A DNA stretch of 15,739 nt, from assembly GCA_041670805.1 (NCBI GenBank), contig JBAXYM010000028.1:1-15739 (forward strand). The letters are read 5' to 3'. Of this stretch, positions 1 through 6,386 are shown piece after piece. Below the pieces are notes generated by a model that was not told where the DNA came from, searched no databases, and saw only the letters and a program-made list of their open reading frames with translations. Origin of the DNA: Patescibacteria group bacterium (GTDB taxonomy: Bacteria > Patescibacteriota > Minisyncoccia > JAHIHE01 > JAGLIN01). Position 1 is the first letter of the stretch. The number at the start of each line of letters is the position of its first letter. Position numbers and translations under genes: made by a program.

Positions 1-1
1 C

Positions 2-436
2 AAGATGCTGGAAGGCCAGTTGAACGCTCTTCCGACGTACTACCTGAATCACAACGGGTATCCTGATACGTATTACTCGAAGGTCTCAATCCGCCACACG
101 GTATTAGAGGATGAAAATGCCAATCTCCAGAAAGCCACTCTTGGGGCAACGAACCGGTCTCTATCTATCAACGAGTGCCGCAAACTCTTAGGGTTCGAAC
201 CGCTCAACGATGATGACCTGACGAAGATAAACTCCGATTGGGACAAAATCGCGGTCCCTCAGGCGGCAGCATCCCCGTTCTCGTTCACGGATCAGAACTC
301 ACCTACAGTCTCGGCGTATCGGGTGCGGAATCGTATCGCAAACGAGGCTATCGTAGGGATGGAAGAGGCTACTGATGACTTTGAGCATGAGGTAAGGGGA
401 TTGTTGAGAAAGTATGCGGCAGAGACTAAGAAATGA
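2..436 (+). CDS. C-terminal part of the probable portal protein; the gene starts upstream of the window
   Basis: The reading frame is open from position 2, and the track ORF 5..436 is its Met-started portion. The stop overlaps the ATG of the next gene (ATGA at 433-436). The call rests on position only: it sits immediately upstream of a Mu gpF/SPP1 gp7-like gene, as portal genes do in SPP1-like modules. I recognise no sequence motif in it. Confidence 0.4.
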   Translation, partial: KMLEGQLNALPTYYLNHNGYPDTYYSKVSIRHTVLEDENANLQKATLGATNRSLSINECRKLLGFEPLNDDDLTKINSDWDKIAVPQAAASPFSFTDQNSPTVSAYRVRNRIANEAIVGMEEATDDFEHEVRGLLRKYAAETKK

Positions 437-1191
437 CATCCCTCGAAGCCGGTCTTGACAAGATAACCGCGAAATGGATTGAACGAATGACTGATTCCCT
501 TGTGTCTATCGCAGGGGAATCGTATTCTGCAGGTATGTTCCACGCAAGCACTCAGCTTAAGAGCGGCATATCATTTAAGGTCACTGAATCCGACGCCCTG
601 AAATACGCCGATGCATACGAGAAGAAGCTCGTTGAAACCGGTAAGATAGATGTAACAGAATATGTAAAGGACGCTGATGGAAAAGTGATTGGGTTCGAGA
701 CAAAAGAAATAGATTGGCTTGGTGATAAAGCGGTCGGAACAAGAAACTCACTCGCAGATATCATCAAGAAAGGCATCGCGGAAGGGAAACCAACCGGTCT
801 AAAAATCAGTTCGACTGGAAAGTATCCCAAAGGGTCTATTGCCGCTGACTTACAGGACACGTTCTCGGACTACAAAGGACAGGCTTCTTCTATCGCACGG
901 ACGGAGACCACGAAATGTTATTACAACGGCGAGACTGACCGGTACACCCGTGCCGGTGTTGAGTATGTTCAGCGGCTTGGCGATGAAACCGATGCATGCG
1001 ATATCTGCATGCCGCTAATAGGGCTGATATACAAGCTCGGGACTCAGCCCCCGCTTCCTACGCACCCTAACTGTCGTTGCGATTACCGCCCATATTTCCC
1101 AGAGGTAGGCGAGGTGTTTACAACCGCTTACGGCGAGAAGATGATGTTCACCGGGACGGAATACATCCACGCGATACCTGCCGCAGAGTAG
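433..1191 (+). CDS. Head morphogenesis / minor head protein, Mu gpF-SPP1 gp7 family
   Basis: The C-terminal half carries the characteristic motifs ...SSIARTETT..., an acidic DETDACDIC stretch and ...PPLPTHPNCRCDY... These correspond to the ARTE and HPNCRC signatures of the Phage_Mu_F domain. ATGA overlap with the upstream gene. The position after the portal gene fits. Confidence 0.8.
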   Translation: MTSLEAGLDKITAKWIERMTDSLVSIAGESYSAGMFHASTQLKSGISFKVTESDALKYADAYEKKLVETGKIDVTEYVKDADGKVIGFETKEIDWLGDKAVGTRNSLADIIKKGIAEGKPTGLKISSTGKYPKGSIAADLQDTFSDYKGQASSIARTETTKCYYNGETDRYTRAGVEYVQRLGDETDACDICMPLIGLIYKLGTQPPLPTHPNCRCDYRPYFPEVGEVFTTAYGEKMMFTGTEYIHAIPAAE

Positions 1192-1232
1192 TTTATCACG
1201 TGAATTTTTCTTTTTTTTATTAATAAATGTTC

Positions 1233-1287
1233 GTTTAGTTATATTTATATATTGATACTCCTAATAATATAGTATACAAAAACAAAC
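1233..1287 (+). promoter_or_regulatory. Conserved promoter-like element, copy 1: GTTTAGTTA..ATATATA..GATAC..AATAATATAGTATAC.AAAACAAAC
   Basis: An almost identical ~55-nt block recurs at 3404-3458, and a partial copy (TAATATAATATAC) at 4674-4686. Each lies in an A/T-rich gap directly upstream of a run of co-oriented genes. It is followed after a similar short spacing (about 10-16 nt) by GGTG(A/T)AAAG, then 9 nt later by an ATG. Confidence 0.55.
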
Positions 1288-1300
1288 GGTGAAAAGAAGA

Positions 1301-1498
1301 ATGGCAAAGTACACAATTACCCACGAATACCAATCTAGATTTGCATCTAGGTTTACAAAACAGAAGGCAGATGAGACCGTATATCAGCAACAATGCCATC
1401 AAATTATGATTAACGACTGGGAAAATAATATCCCTGTGGACCAGAAGAAAATGGAAAAACGAAAAGCCATCCTTGAGAAATGGAGAGAAATATTATGA
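1301..1498 (+). CDS. Hypothetical small basic protein, 65 aa from this ATG; the track calls an upstream GTG at 1289
   Basis: An ATG lies 9 nt downstream of the GGTG Shine-Dalgarno-like sequence that is conserved in the promoter-like block. The ORF ends in an ATGA overlap with the next ORF. I recognise no motif. Confidence 0.45.
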   Translation: MAKYTITHEYQSRFASRFTKQKADETVYQQQCHQIMINDWENNIPVDQKKMEKRKAILEKWREIL

Positions 1499-1725
1499 CA
1501 ACAGGATATTTTACCGTAACTGGAGATGCTAACAATTTAGTTGGGTGGACTACTGAAACATTAGCTGAGGCTCTGAGAATCCCTCTTGGAAAATTAGGTA
1601 TTGAGGTCACATGCATACCAAAGCAGTTTGGGGGCGTGTGCTATGTCCCTATAGACGATGAGACATCCCCGAGCGAAGACTACGTCCAATATGTTGTTGA
1701 GAGAGTTATTTGTCTTGGAAAGTAA
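1495..1725 (+). CDS. Hypothetical protein, 76 aa from the ATG at 1495; the track start at 1480 is also possible
   Basis: The ATG overlaps the upstream stop (ATGA) and GGAGAG lies 8-13 nt upstream. The ORF lies in the A/T-rich accessory region. No motif recognised. Confidence 0.45.
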   Translation: MTTGYFTVTGDANNLVGWTTETLAEALRIPLGKLGIEVTCIPKQFGGVCYVPIDDETSPSEDYVQYVVERVICLGK

Positions 1726-1737
1726 TGGTGGTTTGAA

Positions 1738-3342
1738 ATGACTTCTCCAATAGACTCATTTTACCCCACGCCAAAAACGCTCATCGACAAGATGCTATCT
1801 GGGATCAGTCTGACTGGGGTATATTCTATCCTCGAACCGTCTGCTGGGAAAGGCGACATTGTAGATGCACTTATCCCGAAACTGAAAGCGACATCGGGTC
1901 ATAGTTACGGGTGCGGATATGGTGAAACATACCGTCCCGACATCGACACGATAGAAATCAATCCCGACCTGCGGCACGTCTTGACCGGTAAGGGATACAG
2001 GGTTGTACACGATGACTTCCTGACATTCGAGACGTACAAGCATTACGATTTGATAATCATGAATCCTCCGTTTGCTTCGGGTGAGAAGCACTTGGAGAAG
2101 GCATTGGAACTCCAGAAAGATGGTGGTGCGGTAATCTGCATCCTCAACGCTGAAACGATTCGGAACCCTAACAACCTCACTAGAGTGAGAGTCAACGGGA
2201 TGTTAGACCAGTATGGAGCGAGCATCGAGTATCTCAGCGACGAGTTCAGGCAGGCCGAGCGGAAGACATGGGTAGAAATCGCATTAATCAAAGTCAGCAT
2301 CCCGGACGCCGATAAAGAGAGCATCATTATCAGCTCCCTGAAAAAGGTGAACGACGTTAGGATAATCCAGCCGGGAGAACCTACTGACCTGACAGAAGCG
2401 GATTACGTCAAAGCGACTATAACCCAGTTCCGGTTTGAGGCACAGGCAGGACTACAGCTGATACGGGACTACAAGAGCATGATGCCGTATCTCGCACTGT
2501 CAAAGGGTATTATCACCCTGGATTTCTACACTGAGAACAACGGTCGTAACTACCCTCCGAATGAAAACGAATACCTCAGGCGGGTCCGGGCCAAATACTG
2601 GGATACGCTGTTCCTATCCAAACAGTTCACGAAACAGTTCACGTCCAACCTCTTGAAAATATGCCATACTGATGTAGAGAGGTTGAAAGACTATGACTTC
2701 AATGAGTTCAATATAGGGGAGATCAGAATCAATCTTATCAACAAACTGACCAAAGCGACTGAGGACACAATCATTAAACTGTTCGACGAACTGTCAAACG
2801 AACATCACTGGTTCGATGAAATGTCTAAGAACATCCATTACTTCAACGGATGGAAGACCAACAAGGCGTGGATTGTTGGGAAGAAGGTAATCATCCCGTG
2901 CCATTTATATGATGTCATTGAGGATCTGCATTACTACGGAACATATGACCCTAGATTTGAGTTGTCCGATATTGAGAAAACCCTGAACTACCTGTCGAAT
3001 AAACCAAAACCGGTAGAGACCATCTACGAGGTAATAGACCGGGCACAAAAAACCCGGCAGACCCGTAATATCGAATCCCATTACTTCACGATTACGTGTT
3101 ATAAGAAGGGGACCGTGCATCTGACGTTCAAGGATGAGGAGTTACTCAAAAAATTCAACATCTTCGGAGCGCAGCATAAGGGGTGGCTGCCGCCATCATA
3201 CGGAAAGGTGGTCTATGATAACATGGAGCGGGATGAACGTGAGGTGGTTGACAGCTTCGAAGGGGAAGAGTCATACACCGAGACGATGAACAACGCGGGA
3301 TATTATTTATCCGGGGTAGAGTTATTGGATGCTGCCAAATGA
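1738..3342 (+). CDS. N6-adenine DNA methyltransferase, gamma class (TaqI/Eco57I-like), with a C-terminal domain of about 340 aa that is probably the target-recognition domain
   Basis: The N-terminus has motif X (FYPTP), motif I (ILEPSAGKGDIV) and motif IV (LIIMNPPF), in the order and spacing (X at ~10, I at ~32, IV at ~108) typical of gamma-class amino-MTases such as M.TaqI. GGTGG lies 7 nt upstream of the ATG. No nuclease domain or partner restriction endonuclease is visible. Confidence 0.85.
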   Translation: MTSPIDSFYPTPKTLIDKMLSGISLTGVYSILEPSAGKGDIVDALIPKLKATSGHSYGCGYGETYRPDIDTIEINPDLRHVLTGKGYRVVHDDFLTFETYKHYDLIIMNPPFASGEKHLEKALELQKDGGAVICILNAETIRNPNNLTRVRVNGMLDQYGASIEYLSDEFRQAERKTWVEIALIKVSIPDADKESIIISSLKKVNDVRIIQPGEPTDLTEADYVKATITQFRFEAQAGLQLIRDYKSMMPYLALSKGIITLDFYTENNGRNYPPNENEYLRRVRAKYWDTLFLSKQFTKQFTSNLLKICHTDVERLKDYDFNEFNIGEIRINLINKLTKATEDTIIKLFDELSNEHHWFDEMSKNIHYFNGWKTNKAWIVGKKVIIPCHLYDVIEDLHYYGTYDPRFELSDIEKTLNYLSNKPKPVETIYEVIDRAQKTRQTRNIESHYFTITCYKKGTVHLTFKDEELLKKFNIFGAQHKGWLPPSYGKVVYDNMERDEREVVDSFEGEESYTETMNNAGYYLSGVELLDAAK

Positions 3343-3356
3343 GGCGGTCTCCCAAT

Positions 3357-3412
3357 TACTAATTTAGTAGATATTAGTAATAGATTAGTAGTTGGTTAGT
3401 GGGGTTTAGTTA
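3357..3412. repeat. Five helically phased TTAGT(A/T) direct repeats; the first is embedded in the palindrome TACTAA-T-TTAGTA
   Basis: TTAGT occurs at 3364, 3374, 3385, 3396 and 3406, with spacings of 10, 11, 11 and 10 bp. The first unit is the perfect palindrome TACTAATTTAGTA at 3357-3369. The last unit (GTTTAGTTA) is the first part of promoter-like copy 2, and the same GTTTAGTTA opens copy 1. Confidence 0.6.
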
Positions 3413-3458
3413 CATATATATAGCGATACGTCCAATAATATAGTATACTAAAACAAAC
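3404..3458 (+). promoter_or_regulatory. Conserved promoter-like element, copy 2
   Basis: GTTTAGTTACATATATATAGCGATACGTCCAATAATATAGTATACTAAAACAAAC is near-identical to 1233-1287. It contains the 10-bp palindrome TAGTATACTA. It is followed by GGTGTAAAG and an ATG at 3478. Confidence 0.55.
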
Positions 3459-3477
3459 AAAAAAGGTGTAAAGAAAA

Positions 3478-3696
3478 ATGACCCAAACAGAATTAGACAA
3501 AATTAGCGAAATCTACGTTGAGAATCACGCAGAATTCTTAAGAGCCTGTGAAGATAATGACATGGAGGACATCAACCGTTACCGGTTAAACAAACGAACG
3601 ATCAGGAAATGCGCAAACGCATTACTTAGCACAGAAGACTGGGATGCATTTTACGCATTCACGGTAAAGGTAGATGTGAACTGGGCAGGGGATTAA
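3478..3696 (+). CDS. Hypothetical protein, 72 aa
   Basis: First gene after promoter-like copy 2. GGTG lies 9 nt upstream of the ATG. No confident motif. Confidence 0.5.
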   Translation: MTQTELDKISEIYVENHAEFLRACEDNDMEDINRYRLNKRTIRKCANALLSTEDWDAFYAFTVKVDVNWAGD

Positions 3697-3702
3697 AGGA
3701 AC

Positions 3703-4005
3703 ATGACAACTCAAATCCAGTATAACGGGGATTGCTTCACAAGCATCCTCTACCCATACTCTCAGATATGGGACAACGAGAATTCCCATATCGGGACGTC
3801 ATTCCGAAAAATGGATGAGTTTGAGTACTCCCTCCGGAACAAGATTGACACCCATGTGAAAAATGGCGAATCTGAAAAGTGTATTGTGGACTGGATCGCG
3901 TGGTATGTGTATCTGCGTATAGGGATGAATCTAACCGAAGCAGAAGCGTTCCGGTTGTCAGTATTTGGGAAGAAGTATCTTTATTCAAAGTATCAGGTGA
4001 GATGA
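3703..4005 (+). CDS. Hypothetical protein, 100 aa
   Basis: AAGGAA precedes the ATG, 6 nt after the previous stop. No motif recognised. Confidence 0.5.
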   Translation: MTTQIQYNGDCFTSILYPYSQIWDNENSHIGTSFRKMDEFEYSLRNKIDTHVKNGESEKCIVDWIAWYVYLRIGMNLTEAEAFRLSVFGKKYLYSKYQVR

Positions 4006-4093
4006 ATGAGATTATCGACATTGAGGATGGAATCAAGGCAGATGATAAAATTGAAGAGGTTGAATGCTATTTATGACAAAGAGGTAATACAAA

Positions 4094-4426
4094 ATGACTA
4101 AAAGAGAGAAAGACGCAGACATAACGATTATCATCCGAAAAGATGGTGACGCCTGGTTTGCACACGGACCATATTTCACCAATCTACAAGAAAGTGATGC
4201 CGAGTGGGGTCACACCCCAGAAGAGGCAGCGGTGAGGTATATCGTTGCTACCAAACCAAGCAGATGTGAAACATGCAAGAAATTTGAACGCCAAGATAAA
4301 ATGTTCGCTACGTATGTGTGCGTCGGTGGATTACTCGAAAATGAAAGAGTTATTGTTGATCCCCAGCGTATGGCGTGCGAAAAATGGGAGGAGCAATTAC
4401 CTACTGAGGTAGATTATGACAAATAA
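4094..4426 (+). CDS. Hypothetical protein, 110 aa. The N-terminal half resembles the HicB/UPF0150 fold pattern, and the C-terminal half has a CxxC...C...C arrangement that might bind zinc
   Basis: AGAGGT lies 9 nt upstream of the ATG. The segment ITIIIRKDGDAWFAHGPYFTNLQESDAEWGHTPEEAAVRYIVA follows the HicB-like pattern: hydrophobic strand, D-G-x-aromatic, P-x-x-P/G, then T-x-EEA-x-x-x-x-I. This is a pattern resemblance only. Confidence 0.5.
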   Translation: MTKREKDADITIIIRKDGDAWFAHGPYFTNLQESDAEWGHTPEEAAVRYIVATKPSRCETCKKFERQDKMFATYVCVGGLLENERVIVDPQRMACEKWEEQLPTEVDYDK

Positions 4427-4574
4427 CCGGGACCAAATGAAGCAGAGAATCGTTGAGATGGTTGAATCTCTGCATCCTATGTCCGATTCGTCAATAGATA
4501 ATAACAAGTTGTGGATTATCGATAGGGACTATCTCGCCAAAGTTAAGCCTTTTGAATTAAACAAAAAGTTATAA
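4416..4574 (+). CDS. Possible small ORF, 52 aa (MTNNRDQMKQRIVEMVESLHP...), absent from the ORF track
   Basis: Its ATG overlaps the end of the upstream gene in another frame. It fills the otherwise non-coding 4427-4574 stretch and ends just before the intergenic regulatory region. No motif. Confidence 0.25.
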   Translation: MTNNRDQMKQRIVEMVESLHPMSDSSIDNNKLWIIDRDYLAKVKPFELNKKL

Positions 4575-4595
4575 CCATCTCTGTTTTTCAACCTA

Positions 4596-4608
4596 TTACA
4601 AATTGTAA
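4596..4608. promoter_or_regulatory. Perfect palindrome TTACAA-A-TTGTAA, a candidate operator
   Basis: 6-bp inverted repeat with a 1-nt spacer in the intergenic region upstream of the structural operon. Confidence 0.3.
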
Positions 4609-4634
4609 CACCACCTGACCTGCATATAAGCGCC

Positions 4635-4687
4635 TTGACTTGCAGGGGGTATCGCGCATATATACTTTATGGGTAATATAATATACT
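4635..4687 (+). promoter_or_regulatory. Sigma70-like promoter (TTGACT, 18-nt spacer, TATATA) followed by promoter-like element copy 3 (TAATATAATATAC, 4674-4686)
   Basis: TTGACT lies at 4635-4640 and TATATA at 4659-4664. The inverted repeat CCTGCA(4617-4622)/TGCAGG(4641-4646) overlaps the -35 hexamer. The 13-nt core motif matches copies 1 and 2 at 12 of 13 positions. It abuts the GTG start at 4688. Confidence 0.4.
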
Positions 4688-5809
4688 GTGCCTGACGAAC
4701 AAGAAGAAGCTATTTTCGGGAATACTACCTGTGTTTTCAGTAAATCAGTCGGCGCATTTTCAGACACTACTTTGCAGACCCTCGATAGGAGAGTCGGCGA
4801 CAAGAAGATAATACTAGGAAAGGATTTGTTTGCCCAGACTGTGGGCGATTGGGAAGGCATCCCAATCATCTATCAGCGTCAGGGTGTTCATCCCCTTGAT
4901 TTTGAAGGTATCGCACATAATCCAGCTGAGACTGCCAAGAAGATTGGCGGGGTCTTCGTTGGACACGTGAAGAGCCCTAGAATCGAAGTGGGAGGGCATC
5001 CCCGATTGAAGGCAACCCTCGATATCAACGACCTGTATTCCGAGATATCAGGGCTGTATAACAAAGGAGTTTTGGGGATATCATCCGCGTTCATGTCAAG
5101 GAACGACGGTGACAAGATAACTTCCCCCCCAAAACCGAACCATGTCCTCTTGTTTGAAGAAGTGATTGATAAGGTGCAACCAGGAGATCCCGGTGCATTA
5201 GTCCACACGGAAATCATGACAGAAGAAAAACCAACCAAGAAGGTAAAGATGCCTTTTGTGGAGTGGGTGCATTCGCTGGTGAAATCTGATATTGCAGAAT
5301 CTCAGAAGTCTCCCAACGTATCACATGTAGAAAATCCCCCCACCGAGACTAAAGTACCTGTAACCAATTCCGAAACAACCATGCCAGAACTAATTACCCC
5401 GGCAACCCCGGGCCAGGCAGAAGCTACACCTGAGTTAAAAACTCTCACTGAGGCTCTTGCACAGAGGGACGCTAAAATCGCAGAACTCGAGAAGACTATT
5501 GCTGACCTGAAATCTCAGGGTTCAGAAGTGAACACTCTTCGCACTGAACTTGCTCAGTATAAAGAGAAGGAAGCAGAACACAAATTCACCGCGTTCCTTG
5601 ATTCCGTCCCAGTTGGAATGAAATCCACGCCGGAACAGGTCGCTGAACTGAAACTAAAGTTCACGAGTGACCCAGCATCGCTGTTGACCAAGATCATCAA
5701 CACATACAAAGAGAGCGGAGAAACCCGCAAGGTTGGAGAACCGTTCACACACACGGAATCTCAGCCTCTTACCGGTGTTGGCGACCTTACCAAAATCCCG
5801 AGGAACTGA
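4688..5809 (+). CDS. Prohead protease (HK97 gp4/S78-like N-terminal domain) fused to a scaffolding-like coiled-coil C-terminal domain
   Basis: The N-terminal segment ~60-130 has ...GIAHNPAETAKKIGGVFVGHV... (His followed by IGxV) and ...KGVLGISSAFMS... (the G-x-S-x-x-F serine motif), which resemble the catalytic His and Ser motifs of phage prohead proteases. The C-terminal ~170 aa is rich in E/K/A/L with heptad-like stretches (AQRDAKIAELEKTIADLKSQ...), typical of scaffolds. It sits between the head-morphogenesis and capsid genes. It has a GTG start with no SD and the promoter-like motif immediately upstream, so the start is uncertain. Confidence 0.55.
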   Translation: MPDEQEEAIFGNTTCVFSKSVGAFSDTTLQTLDRRVGDKKIILGKDLFAQTVGDWEGIPIIYQRQGVHPLDFEGIAHNPAETAKKIGGVFVGHVKSPRIEVGGHPRLKATLDINDLYSEISGLYNKGVLGISSAFMSRNDGDKITSPPKPNHVLLFEEVIDKVQPGDPGALVHTEIMTEEKPTKKVKMPFVEWVHSLVKSDIAESQKSPNVSHVENPPTETKVPVTNSETTMPELITPATPGQAEATPELKTLTEALAQRDAKIAELEKTIADLKSQGSEVNTLRTELAQYKEKEAEHKFTAFLDSVPVGMKSTPEQVAELKLKFTSDPASLLTKIINTYKESGETRKVGEPFTHTESQPLTGVGDLTKIPRN

Positions 5810-5813
5810 TTAA

Positions 5814-6371
5814 ATGACAGGAGAATCATACAACACCGCGCCGAACGGCAACATCGTTGTCCGCGGCAAACCAGAGACTAAAGTCGAGAAGATTCTTACG
5901 GAAGCCGTGCTCCCGGGACATCTCCTCCAGATTGACTCAAACGACTACAAAGCGAAACTCCACGACGGCTCTTTTGCCTCTGGTGCAGGATGTATCGGAT
6001 GGGCTGGATTCGAGGATGCAAGTCCGAACGTCAGACCTGACACCTACGATACCGCATATGTCAGCGGGAATGTCATTCCGGTTCTGTCAGGCGGCAGCTT
6101 CGACATCTATGCCATCGCAATCGGTGAAGCCGTTGGCGGTGCAGCTGTTACTATCACGGCAGGAGATCTGCTTACGTCCAATGGTGACGGAACCCTGAAA
6201 CTGTCCTCGCTCGCAGTCACCATTACCCAGTCTGGAGAAACTCCGTTCGCAGTATCCGCGGCAACACTGCCCGCCCGTCCTGTTGCAAGAGCGCTTGAGA
6301 CCGTCGTAATCGCAGTATCCACAACCGCAACCCCGAACACCGCACGTATCCACGTGACGTCACTGGTCTAA
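5814..6371 (+). CDS. Capsid accessory protein, possibly a decoration/cement-like protein; function uncertain
   Basis: GAGGAA lies 9 nt upstream of the ATG. It lies between the scaffold and the major capsid gene, the position of lambda gpD and SPP1 gp12. The sequence is Gly/Ala/Ser/Thr/Val-rich and looks beta-strand rich. No specific motif recognised. Confidence 0.4.
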   Translation: MTGESYNTAPNGNIVVRGKPETKVEKILTEAVLPGHLLQIDSNDYKAKLHDGSFASGAGCIGWAGFEDASPNVRPDTYDTAYVSGNVIPVLSGGSFDIYAIAIGEAVGGAAVTITAGDLLTSNGDGTLKLSSLAVTITQSGETPFAVSAATLPARPVARALETVVIAVSTTATPNTARIHVTSLV

Positions 6372-6386
6372 GGAGGAAAATAAACC

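Noticed and set aside
1193-1220. T-rich run after the gpF-like gene, with the TCACGTGA palindrome, considered as an intrinsic terminator
   Set aside because: No GC-rich stem-loop precedes the T tract. An 8-bp perfect palindrome cannot form a stable hairpin. This may just be an A/T-rich spacer.
1233-1287. Interpretation of the conserved A/T-rich motif as an archaeal TATA box/BRE promoter
   Set aside because: A transcription start about 25 nt downstream of the TATA-like core would fall inside the conserved GGTG Shine-Dalgarno, so the spacing does not fit. A TTGACT-N18-TATATA bacterial-type promoter exists at 4635-4664. Host domain is left undecided.
3879-4076. 65-aa plus-strand ORF overlapping the 3' third of the 3703-4005 gene in the -1 frame
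   Set aside because: There is no slippery sequence or RBS for it. Only the last 24 codons (an ATG at 4005) lie outside the upstream gene. This is more likely non-coding or a tiny peptide. Kept only as a remark under the small-gene operon finding.
5857-6353. Alternative-frame and antisense ORFs within 5814-6371: 113 aa on +, 88 aa and 77 aa on -
   Set aside because: They are nested in a gene with a good SD and an operon-consistent position. Their products are Arg/Cys/Gly-rich frame artefacts.
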